Shown: positions 29,353 through 42,595 of the stretch, piece after piece
Position numbering within the stretch: position 1 is the stretch's first letter
Layout: each line of letters starts with the position of its first letter
Assembly: GCA_964016885.1 (NCBI GenBank)
Contig: OZ024744.1
Location: 90,086,001 to 90,150,000, forward strand
DNA from: Eledone cirrhosa
Lineage: Eukaryota
Direction: 5' to 3'
DNA: 64,000 nt
Program-made: the position numbers and the translations under genes
The notes under the pieces: model-generated
Database searches by the model: none
What the model saw: the letters and a program-made list of their open reading frames with translations, nothing else
Told to the model about the DNA's origin: nothing

Positions 29353-32300
29353 GCACACACACACATGTACATGACTATTTCTGAATGTAATTGAGATATA
29401 TAGTACTCAATGCTAATATAAGAGTTAATTTGTGTAAAATTGCTGAATTACCCCATAGCTTGCACATATTCATATTGTTGTATGTGTTATGTGTGTGTCT
29501 ATATATATATATATATCATCATCATCATTTTACATCTGCTTTTCCCTGCTTGCAAGGGTGAGACGGGTCCTATTCAACACAGCATCTCTCCATTCGTCAC
29601 AATCCTTCGTCATCTCTTCAGCGATCTGAGGTCAGCTCTCAAAACCTCCACCTATGATTTTCGTTGTCTTCCTCAACTGCGTCTTCCTTCTACTGGGATT
29701 CTTTGGCACTTCTTTACCCAACAGTCGTCCTCCATGCGCATCACGTGTCCATACCAACGCAGTCTTCTCTATATACTATCTTTATAAGAATAGCTTGCAC
29801 ATATTCATATACTTGTATGTGTGTGTATGTGTATATATATATATATGCGTGTGTGTATATATATATATATACTATCTTTATAAAAATGTTCAATATATAT
29901 CTAATATATTTCTATTTTCTTTTCACTTTTCTCCATGTTACCACACAATTCAAATATACAAACACACTATACCACTCAACACATTACACACACAAACACA
30001 CCCTCACCAACACAATCACTCCACTCACTCAATACTACAACACATCACCACTTCAAATTTCCTTTGTTAACCACCCTTTCTACTACACAGCCGGCCATTG
30101 ATGCCCAGCTGCACCAGCTACGCAATCTACACCTGAATGGACATGTTGGTTTTGACAGTCTTCCTGACCAACTGGTAAAGGAATCTGTGGCTCAAGGATT
30201 CTGTTTCAACATTTTGTGTCTGGGTATGTATCATCATCATTTCTGTTTAGCGTGAATTCTTCCATGCTTGCATGGGTTAGACGGATCATCCATGCCGGGA
30301 GGCAAGTCTGGACATGTCACACTTTGCTCCAGCAAGGACTGTAAATTTGGCTGGATATATATTTATATCTATAAAGCAATGACTTTAGGAAAATTAATTG
30401 AGGAATTTATTTATTTGTGTTAATTTTCTATGTCTCATTTTGATCGATCGACAAGATCCCAGACCTCATTCGCTTGCCAAATGCTTTGGACCAAGGAAAC
30501 AAAGTTTCCATTGGTCTTTCTATTGCTGATACTATCTACCGGTCGCAACTCCTGGCAGAAAGAGCAACAGGAAATAAAGTGTCTTGCTCAAGGACATAAT
30601 AAATAACCCAGTGCCAGGAATTGAACTCGCAACCTCACGATTACGATTCCAAATCTCCAACTCTCTAACCACTAAGCCACATGCCTTTACCATTTTCTAT
30701 GTAGATGTTGTGTATTATGTGATTTGGTATTTTGTAAGATATAGTACAGCGATCGCTCCCAACCAGATATGACTTGTTAGCATGTACTATACTTTTGCTA
30801 AAGGTTTTAGGTACCCATGCGGTTGTGAACAGGTGCAAACACCCTATCAACTCTCAACCTTCCCTCCCATCCAGTAGAACATTTAGCATGTGACAGCTAG
30901 AATGATACTGGACTGGTACTTTCTTTATTGATCCCAAAAGGATGAAAGGCAAAGTGGACTTCAGCAAGATTTGAACTCAAAATACAGAGACCCAGAATCA
31001 AAATCTAAAGCTCTTATGACTGCCTTTTTTTAGATATGAGGTCTATATTATCTTATTCTTTACAATGAAGTTGTTGTTTAGTCATTGTAATGAATAAAGA
31101 ATATTGAATCTGCACATTGGATTATTCTCTACTTGATTACTTGTATAACTGGTATTAAGTTCTTTGATAAATCTGTCTATTCAATTATTAACCATTAACC
31201 CCTTAGCATTTACATTACTCTATATATACTATTGTATTTTCATGGTAAAGGCTTTATCTTACATAATATCGAATCTGAGATTTTGATATTATTTATTTTG
31301 AGAACAATACTTTAACATTAGTATGAGTGACCGGTTACAGCTAGTTAGAACAGCTTTTTGATACTAAACCACCTTTTGTTCTATGAAACAAAGCCACACA
31401 TTTTAAAGGATTCTTATATGAATTCAAATCTTCCAACATAATTTCATAAGAACCTTTTTGTTAATTTGTTAGAAATTTGAATATGTAACGGTAAAATTGT
31501 GTGGACTTATATATTGTGTATATCATCATCATCATCATGCCAGAATAGAGAAATGTGAGTGTGATGTCTGTGTCTGTGTGGTGAATGTATAGTAGAAACA
31601 GTAGATCTTCGGTGTGTTTAGTTATATTCTGAATTCAAATCCTGTCCACGGTAATTTTGTATGAGTGCATATGTGTGTGTGTGTGTGTATATATATATAT
31701 GTGTGTGTGTGTATGTATGTATGTAAAAGGTAAACAGAAATAACAACACAATCAGTACAGTATATAGAAGGAATATATTAGGTTAATGCTTGAAATAGCT
31801 GGAAGAGGGTCTGAACGTTTCGGACGCTAGTCCTTCATCAGAAGAAAGAATGAGAAATTAGAAAGATTGAAGGGACAGGCAGGGTGGAATTGGAAAAAAT
31901 ATTTTTAGAGAAAAATAACAGGTCCATTCATGTTACCATCTTTTTTATCCATATGCATATATCATGAAAATATGTGTATAACTTTTTTTTTTTTGTTGTT
32001 TACAGGTGAGACAGGTATCGGAAAGTCCACCCTGATGGACACATTGTTCAACACAAGTTTTGACTCCACTCAAAGCACACATGACCTTCCTGGGGTTAAA
32101 CTGAAGTCTAATACTTATGGTATGTATTATTGAACATGTAATTGTTTGGTTTTGGGGGGTTTTGGGGTTTTTTTTTTACTTGGTAGGTATGGAGGACATG
32201 ACAGTACCCGTGATCTTCATAGGCCCTATGAGAATTTGTTTGTATTATATAGATTCTCTGTATATATTAGGTAATGGATTTACAGAATTTTAAGCGGCTC

Positions 32301-35300
32301 TCTTCAATCATAAATGACCAAGTGTTTTGTCCCTACTGGGACACAAGCTTGGGCAAGGTGTTCTTATAGAAGACCAGCAGTTACCCATACATATCAGTCT
32401 CCCCTCTCCATGTCACCAATGTTATCCAAGCCAAAGGCTGAAGCAATTTGTCACCAGTGACGACACACGTCATTTCTACAGCTGAGTAAATTAAAGCAAT
32501 GTAAAATACAGAGTTATTCAAGGACTCAACATGCTGCACAATCCAGGAATTTAACTCATTACCTTACAATCATGAGCCTACATCTTAACCACTAAGCTGT
32601 GTGCCTTCACAGAAAATTTAGTGTTGAATTAAATGCTTTCACTTTTGGATTCTGAGTTTAGATCCCATGTTTTATTTTACTTACCATTCTTCCAATGTTG
32701 ATTACATAAGAACCATAAGGTCAATAATATAATAGATTATAACTCCTCCAAAGAAATCAAAAGTACTAATCACCCATTCATGGATACTTTTTTTTTTATT
32801 CGTTCAAGACAGTCTCTTTCAAGAAATAAATTATTTTAAAAAAGATTTCATTTTATTTCCCCATATTTTAATTACAATTATAAATTTTTAAGCAAACGAG
32901 TTTTATATCAAATAATAATAATTGTTTCCACTTTTGGCACAAGGCCAGCAATTTCCCAGTACATGACTGGTGCTTTATTTTATCGACCCCGTAAGGATGA
33001 AAGGGAAAGTTAAGCTCGGCGGGATTTGAACTTAGAATGGCAAGGGCCGTAACTCTATGCGTCAAAGCATGGCGTCTGACCCTCTATCGATACTGCCAAT
33101 TCATCGAATAATAATATTTGATTCGTTTGCAAGCTTTAAGCCTGATTATGCTATGTTTTTTTAGATGACCATCACTGTCCTTTACCAATGCATTTATGTA
33201 TCTGCTACATTAGAAAGAAAAACTAAATTGTAATTTTGTTTATCAATTTTTAATTATATTTGAAATTATTTTCTTTATTCTGAAACTTTTAATATTTACA
33301 AAAATGTGATTATTTTCCCCCCCCCGTAAGTTTTTTTTAAAATTTAATTATATATTATTTTTTACAAACTTTAATTTTCTTTTATCTCCAAAGTCATATA
33401 CTACAACTTGCTGTAAGATAGATACACCATATTCCTGCATGTCGTATGAGGTAACTAAAAAGGTTGGCACTAGCCATTAATTTGTAGGCAAAAATAAAAT
33501 TAAAAATTTGTTTAAAGAATTAGTTATTTCCAATTTTAGCTCAATTATAATACGTATTTTAACCCTTTAGTTACCAACCTGGATAAAAACTGGCTCTGAT
33601 TCTATGAAATAAAACCACACATTTTAAAGGTTTCCAATTTAAATTAAAATCTTCTTACATAATTTTATATAAGAACCTTACATTAAGTTACTATGTTAGT
33701 ATTTCAGTAAAGCCCTCAAAATTCTTCATTAATTGAAGTAGAATGTAATTCATTAGAAATGTGGTTATTTATTCTTTCTCTGTTTGTGTTTGCTAATCTC
33801 CATATCTATTTCTTGCTTTATTTTCTTAATTTTCAGAACTTCAGGAAAGCAATGTCAGATTGAAGCTAACTGTTGTGGATACAGTAGGGTTTGGAGATCA
33901 AATCAATAAAGAAGACAGGTGAGGTTAACATATTTATTGACCTCCACTCTGTTACTCTAACCATCACACTACACATTTAATCAACATTCTACCCTTTTGA
34001 TTCTAAACCACCACAAAATACCCCTGGTTCTATGATGAATAAAACTATTTGTTTTAAAGTGCTTATATTTATAAACAAAACATTCATCATAATTTTCTGT
34101 AAGAACTTTGGGCATGTAGTTACAATATCTCAGAAAAGAATCAGAATCGTTAGACAGATATTATAGTCAAAATCAACCGGCAGGAGACCCAAGGACAGAC
34201 CCCAAGCAAGATGGTTGGATAACATCTATGAGCTTAGCTGGTCTCGCTTGGGAATCCAGTTGGAGACGGTTGCTTCTGACAGGACCCGCCAAAAGGAGTG
34301 TTTTGAGGACCCTGCCTCCAAGACCTGCTCAGGAATAAGTAGGCAAAGATGAACTTTTATGTTACAAATACCAACTTAATAATGGGTGAAATTCTTACTA
34401 AATTTCTATACATCATAAAACCAGGAGCAGTTTCGGGTGGTTGGGTATGTGAAAAGTTAACCTTCCAATCCACTTATTCAACTTCCACTTCATTTATCAC
34501 TTTTCACCTCCAATCTATTATTAATGTTTTGCAGCATGTAGTTATGACCCTTTGCTTCCTGAGTTCAAATCCTGCCAAGCTTAACTTTACCTTTCGTCCT
34601 TACAGGGTTGATAAAATAAAGTACCAGTAACGTACTGGGGTCGATTTAATCGACTTTCCCCTCTTTCAAAAAATTGTTGGCTTTGTGCCTAAATCAGAAA
34701 CTATTTGGTGTATTGGCAATATCGGTAGTGTCGAAGAATATGCTTTGCAACATAGTTACGGCCTTTTACGTTCTGATTTCAAATCCCGCTAAGTTAATCC
34801 CGCTTTTCATCCTTACAGGGTTGATAAAATAAAGAACCAGTCATGCACTGGAGTCAATTTAATTGACTTCCCCTCCCCCCAAATTCCTGGCCTTGTGCCG
34901 ATAGTAGAAATCATTATTATTGTTATCATTTAACCCTTCGGCCTCTAATGTGCACACTACTCACTCTCACATACAGCTGGAAGCCTATCGTTGACTACAC
35001 TGACGCCCAGTTCGAGTCATACCTCCAGGAAGAGCTGAAGATCAAGCGTTCACTCGACACTTACCATGACTCAAGGATCCACCTCTGCCTCTACTTCATT
35101 GCCCCAACTGGACACTCGTAAGTTTCAATGTTTTACAATCTGTGTATATGAGCATGGACAAGGCGAAGTGCTGAAGGAGATTGCTTCAGAATCGTAAGGC
35201 TCTAGGTTGGACCCAACTGCTTGACATGTTGGTCAAGAGCCTTCTACTATATCCTCAGGTTAACCTATGCCTTCTGAGTGAAATTGGGTAGACAGAATCT

Positions 35301-38300
35301 GGGAGGGAGCCTCTGTCAGATATAACCGACCTGTAATTCAAAAAGCAAGCCATGTTACATACTGCTACACTGAGAATTCAGCTAAGATTACTCATTGTTG
35401 TTGAATAGTTGCTCTCATACTTGCTAATACCATAAGTAGTTCAGTTGATGGAACAACTGGTAAACACATTGTCAAAACAAATGGTTGATGCATTTACTTA
35501 TGCCTAAGTATATGTCTGTATATAACTATACACACATAGAGATATAATTAAATATAATTTATATGCATAAATATATGCATGCGCGCACACACATATATGT
35601 ATATGTTTGAGTATGTGTGTATGTATTTGTTTGAGTATGTGTGTATGTATTTATACTTGTGTGAGTCTATTTATATATGTGTGTGTATGTATGTATATAT
35701 ATATATATATATATATTTATATGTGTGTGTGTGTGTGTGTGTGTTTATATATATTTATATTTGTGTGTGTACATGTATGTATATATACTCTATTTCTTCA
35801 GATTGAAAGCCCTAGATCTGGTTACCATGAAACAACTGGACAACAAGGTGAACATCATTCCTGTCATAGCAAAGGCCGATACAATCACTAAAGTTGAGCT
35901 TCATAAGTTCAAATCCAAGGTATGATGATCTCCCTCTACAACATTTGTGTGCATGTGTGTGTGTGTAAATATACATATAGTGTGTTCACTCTTGTCAAAA
36001 GATAGGTTTTCTTTGTTGTTTCTCTTTAGAACCTGTAACTTTTTTTGACAAATAGTGCTTAATGAAGTAAAACCTATGGTTGATGTTGATTAAACCATTG
36101 AAGGTGGTGTCCTTCATGACTGCAGTCAAATGGCTTAACCCTTTAGCATTTAAACTGGCCAGAATTCTCTCACCTCTTTTTGTTCAAACCAGTCATAACT
36201 GGCCACACATACTGATGTTAAGGTATTTTTCTCAAAATAAATATCAAAATCTCATATATTCCATATTACATGAGATAATTATGTGAGGTAAAGCCTTTAC
36301 CATGAAAATACAATAGTACATATAGAGTAATGTAAATTCTAAAGGGTTAAACCAGAAAAACAGTATAATAATTGTGTATTGCAGATACTTAGCCCATCTG
36401 AGAGGTCTGTAGCTCTGTTTGAGTATTGACTCAGTCTGTGATGACTGACTCATACAACCCTTGCGAGCAAGGAAAATGGACGGTTGATGATGATGACACA
36501 TATATATATATATAATCTCCCTCCTTTTTCATTTACATAATACTACATTGAACCACAAGCAACTAGGACTACATAACCTACTGTAGATATATCATCATCA
36601 TCATTTAAAGCCCATCTTCCACGCTAGCATGGGTTAGATGGGAGTTGTCCCACTTGAGGCAAGATTGGTCGGGTGACCGTGTCTCGCTCGTATAGGACTA
36701 TCTGGCAGGTTTTCTACGGCTGGATGCCCTTTCTAACACCAACCACATTTACAGTGTGGAATTGGGAACTTTTTACCGTGTTACCTACACGGCCACATTA
36801 CAGTGTGGACTGTGTGTTTTTTGTGGTGACACCTACACGACCTCTTTAGTTTGGACTGCATGTTCTGTTGTACCAACATAAATTTATAGAGAAATGGTGG
36901 TGTTGGCAGGAGTGAGAGGATGGAGTAGGGGCAGTGCGTTGGGGTGTATATTTGCTTAAGAGGTGCCTACTGACTGTAGGTTAACTTTGCACATAGGGAA
37001 GGCGTGTCTTCTGTATTACTGTGTGGCACCCAAAGATCTCGGTCTAGTGACATTGTCTTAGAGAGGTGTGTGTGAGGTCGGAATTTACCACGTCGTCCCA
37101 GGTTTTTCTGGGTCTACCTACTCCGTAACTACCATCAATTTTGATCGCCCTGCACTTTTTTATACAGCTGTCGTTTTTCATGTGCATCACGTGTCCATAC
37201 CAACGTAATCTTCTCTCAAGTTAAAAGTGTGTAATCCCTCTTATTCCTAATTTCTCACTTAGTTCATATGTTTTGTTGTTCACGTGTATTACTATTACAC
37301 ATCCAACGGAGCATGCATGCTTCGTTCCTTTACAGTCTGTGCAAGTCCTCTGCACACAATGCCCATGTCTCACTGCCATGTAACATTGCTGTTCGTATAC
37401 AAGCATCATACAATCTGCCTTTCATTTTTAGAGAGAAACCTTTAGTGGTCAATAGTGGTATAAACTCTCTGAACTTTTTCCATCCCATCCTAACTCTGGC
37501 TACTGTACTTTCAGAGCACCCCCCGCCCCTGCTGATTTTGACACCCAGGTAACAGAAAGTGTCCACTATTTTTATAGAACCATCTGGGCAGTAGAAGGAA
37601 CTAGTATCCTGTGGGCACTTGCTACTTATTGCACCTGAGCATCGGCCACATATAAAATGTACGTTCTTAGATAGCTTGCCTGTGATTCCACTACATCTTT
37701 TATGTACCCATAGTTTGCATTTGGGACATAAAATGGAATTTTTGCCTACTCCTTTCTTATACACTGAGCATGGCCATTTCCCAGAGGACACCTGTGCCCT
37801 ATTTTCCTTTCTACATACTAGAACTTTGGTTTTAGACAAGTTAACTTTAAGGCCTTTTGATTCTAGGCCATGCTTCTATATTTGAAATTTCTTCTATGAG
37901 AGTTAGATCATCTGTGTATGGAGGTTCCCATGGGCAGCCGGTCTTAAACTCCTCTGTTATAGCCTGAAGGGCAATAATAAACAGGAGGGGGCTATGGTCA
38001 GAGCCTTGATGAACACCTTTTACACTATATTCTTCATTATATTCATTGTTAATTCTAACCTTGCTGACTGTATTTTTATACATAGCTTGTATAGCTCTCA
38101 CAAGCCATTCATCTACTCCTAAGGGCCCTCCAGATAATGGAGTGTGGGTCTCTGTCAAAGGCTTTCTCTATATATATATAATTAAAATTGATGTATATAT
38201 ATATATATATAAATCTATCAAACATTAAAAGTAGATAATTTGCAAAGAACATATAATTACAAAAGACAGCATATTTAAATTTAACAAAAATATAAATACC

Positions 38301-41300
38301 TGACATTCAGTAATTATTTTTAATCTCTCATACATATTCTATTATTGCTTCAGAATATGCTTCACCATTAAATGGCGAAGTTCAGTAGCCAATTTTCTTG
38401 GATCATCATTGAGAGAGGAACAAATCAAACTAAATGAACTTACACCTTGAATACAAATCTGGGACTGATAAAAACACTCATGGTCTAACTTGGAAATCCA
38501 GCCAGATCAATTAGAGATAGTTGCTTCTAACTGGACCAACTGGAACGTGTGCTTGAGGATTCTTCCCCCACAATTCTCCCAGGAATAAGTGGGCAAAGAA
38601 GACTGAGATTCCTATATCTTTATAGAGAATTTCATATTTCCTAGCACTTCGATAGTTTATATATATATATCCCCTTAAATGTAAACTATCATCACCATTT
38701 AATGTCTATGCATGGGTTAGACCGTCTTGTGCTGAGGCCAGATTGGTCAGGTGACTATCCTGTTTCTTACGCTTTGTTTTAGCTTGGTTTCTACAGCTGG
38801 ATGCCCTTCCTAATGCCAACCACTTTACAAAGTGTAGTAGGAGCATTTTTTCATGACTACAACATTGTCACCTTACAGGGTGGACTGGGTGCTTTTGTTG
38901 TGACACCAGCACTATTTCGTTTTTCATTACAGCAATAGAATTCTTAGTGGACAAGGTTATGCTGGTGGGGGAGGTCTGGCATTTCATTGTTTGAAGGAGG
39001 GGGTCATATATATATATATACACTCATACACATATTCCCTCACTCTTACATTAAATATTTCCAGATCATGACTGAGCTGCGCAACAATGGAGTTCAAATC
39101 TACCAATTTCCAGTAGATGATGAAACTGTGAAGGAAATGAATGCATCCATGAATGTAAGTATTATTTCAGTCCTTGATGATTCTGTGGCTTTTGGCTATA
39201 AGGTGTGTGTATATTTGTTACAATTTCAAGTCCCTCCTTAGATATTATTGTGAAATTCCGTTATAATGAAATTATATAAAAAAATCTGTTGTAACGAAAA
39301 ACTTTTTATAACGAGATCGACCGAAACAAATCGAGCATTTGTTATTACCTCGGGGATTGTAAAAAATTTCGTTATACTGAAAAATTCATTATAATGGTAT
39401 TTGTTATAATGGAATTTTACCTGTATATGTGTGTTTTGTTTGTTTTTCTAATATATTTTCTGAAATGCTTCAATGTATTTGTTTCATATTTTTTTCCCAT
39501 TTTTTAAATCCATTTTTTCTCCTATTCTACAGTGGCAACATTTCAAAAGTCATTTTTAGTAATTTTCTTTTTGGTGCATACATGTGCGCTGTGTGTTGTG
39601 TTATCCTGGTGGGTGGTGTATGTATTTCATCTTATTAGTAGTATTATTATTACACTATACAACATCTTGTTGCAGGGTCATCTGCCTTTTGCAGTTGTTG
39701 GTAGTAATGACGAAGTCAAGGTTGGTAACAAAATGGTGAAAGCCAGGCAATATCCTTGGGGTACTGTCCAAGGTGAGTGTATACTTATGGATGTGTCTAA
39801 TTATGTGTATGAATAAATAAATATATATATATATATGTGTGTGTGTATGTGTAAAAAGTAAACAAAGCAAAGCAAACACAGTACATTGAAGACATCATCA
39901 TCACTGTTATATGTCCATTCTTCCACGCTAACATGGGTTAGTTTAACGCTTGAAATAGCAAGAAAAGAGTCTTGACTTTTCACATACTAGTCCTTCATCG
40001 GAAGATAGAAAGATAACGAGTGAGAAGAGGAAGAAAGGGGGTGGGAAAAACATACGTGCATCAGCTTTTTTGGATATATATATATATTTATGGAGTTTTG
40101 TTTTTCATTTCACACATAATCTGTATGTATCTGGTTTAGAATGTGTGTTGTAAGAAATACTAAAAGAATTGGTGTCAGGAAGGGCATCTGGCTGTAAAAC
40201 ATTGCCTCAAAAAGTTCTGTCCAAACCATGCCAGCATGGAAAAATGATTTTCATTCATCGGTAGTGTTGGTACCATGACAAAATCACCTAATCCACTCTG
40301 AGGTAGTAATGCCATTGTCACTCACTGTGGAAGAAAAACTTAACAACCTCCCATCTGTAACAACAATGGAGCTAAAGGTGAGCGAGGCCCTGCCCTCCTG
40401 GAGCAGATACAAACTAGGCAGTATGGAAATGCTTAAACAGACTAAGATCTGATGTTGGACGTAAAAAAAGTCACTCTTGCAAAATGGGGTTTTTTAAAGG
40501 ATGGGGATGTTGTGTGTAACTGCAGCAACAAACCACAGACTATATGCCCCCTACTGGAATACCCCTGCATAGCATTGAACTTTGCAGAGTTTAATGAGAA
40601 AGGGCAGCAATGTGTTCAGCTGTGGCGGAACCACATCTAGCCAAGCTTTGTAACTGACACTCTTGTAGACACAAGAAGAAGAATAGTCACAATAAAGTAT
40701 TTTCAGTCCATGCTGCTAAGTGGATGGTGTTAGAAAAGACATCCAACTGTAGAAACCAAGTCAACATTAAACAGTCATAAGATTTATATTATATATATGC
40801 ACGGTTTTCCAAAGGAGAACAGAAGAGAACTGCAGTTAAGTAAGGTCCTCAATACATTAATAGAGAAGGTATAATAATAATAATGAAATTATTGTGTACA
40901 GTGCTCAGGTGCACTACAACTCATCAAAGGTGCATGTATAGTACATAGAATAATAATTGTCAGGAAAATGAACAGTGTATGAGTCATGATATAATAACAA
41001 TAACAATATATATATATATATTTCATTTAGAAATATGTATATGTATGTATGTATGTGTATATCTATCTATATATATATATACTAACTGAGGTACCCGGTA
41101 ATACCCGGGAGTGGGGGGTATTCCCAGTTCCCATTAAAATGCCCAATGCCTCTGACCAAAAATGAAATCAAAATATAGGACAGATAATGACAAGTGAAGA
41201 TAAATTCATTTACGAAACAATAATACAAACAAATATTGTTGATTGCATTGGTCAGGTGAAAAAATGTTTGTCAGAGAAGTTGAGTGTTGCTATAAGGAAA

Positions 41301-41599
41301 AAAATAGAACCCCCATTAGGGTGTCTTACTATTATTGAAATTTGCTGAAATTTTGTGAACAGGCATTATATCTTGTCATTTACCTATGGTTTCAATTTCA
41401 TATAAATCGAAGGGAAAACATTTTCAGTGGGTTTTTGAGCCCCCAGGAACCCTTTGATTAAAATTAGATATACGTAAGAAATCAAATGGGCATGAGTCCC
41501 ACACACGTGTCAAGTTTCATCAAGATCGGTTTGTTAGTTTTTGAGTTTTAGGTTCACAAACAAACAAAAAAACACAGAAATTGCCATTTATGTATATAG

Positions 41600-41670
<71 letters not shown>

Positions 41671-42271
41671 AAAGCACCCAGTCCACACTAACATAGTTGG
41701 TATTAAGGACATCCAGCTATAGAGACCAAGCCAAAATACAGTTCCATATGAGCAAAACGTGGTCACTTGTCCCGATTTGTCTCTTAATGTTAAACGATGA
41801 CAATATGCACTTGTGAATATGTTTACATATATACAATGTGTGAGTCACGACAAAAAGCACCCAGCCCACACAGTAAAGTGGTCATATAGGAGTCATGGCA
41901 AAAAGCACCCAACACACACTGTAAATGTGGTTGGCGTTAGGAAGAGCATCTAGCTGTATAAATCTAGCCAGAAACAGTTCTATATGAGCAAGACATGGTC
42001 ACCTGACCCAACTTGCCTCAAATGAGACAACCCGACTAACCCATGCTAGCATGGAAAGTGGACATTAAATAATGATCAAGGTTGACTTTGCCTTTCATCC
42101 TTACGGGGTCGATAAAATAAAGTACCAGTAATGCACTGGAGTAATTTCTGGCCTTGTGCCTAAAGTAGAAACAATTAAATAATAATAATATATATATATA
42201 TGTGATTTTAGCTAACGCTAATAAACAATTGTCAACACCTTATCTTAATATTTACAGCATTGAAGCAAAAC

Positions 42272-42319
<48 letters not shown>

Positions 42320-42543
42320 CAAATATAGATACAAAAATTATATAGCAGTTTATCTCATCACCAGTCGAAAATGAAAACCATTGTGACTTTGTGAAACTCA
42401 GAGAAATGCTGATAAGAACCAATATGGAGGATCTACGTGAGACAACCCATCGTACGCACTATGAGCTCTACCGCAGACACAAGCTCCAGGCTATGGGCTT
42501 TTCTGACAATGAATCTAAGAGGTATGTATCTGTATTGTTCTTC

Positions 42544-42595
<52 letters not shown>

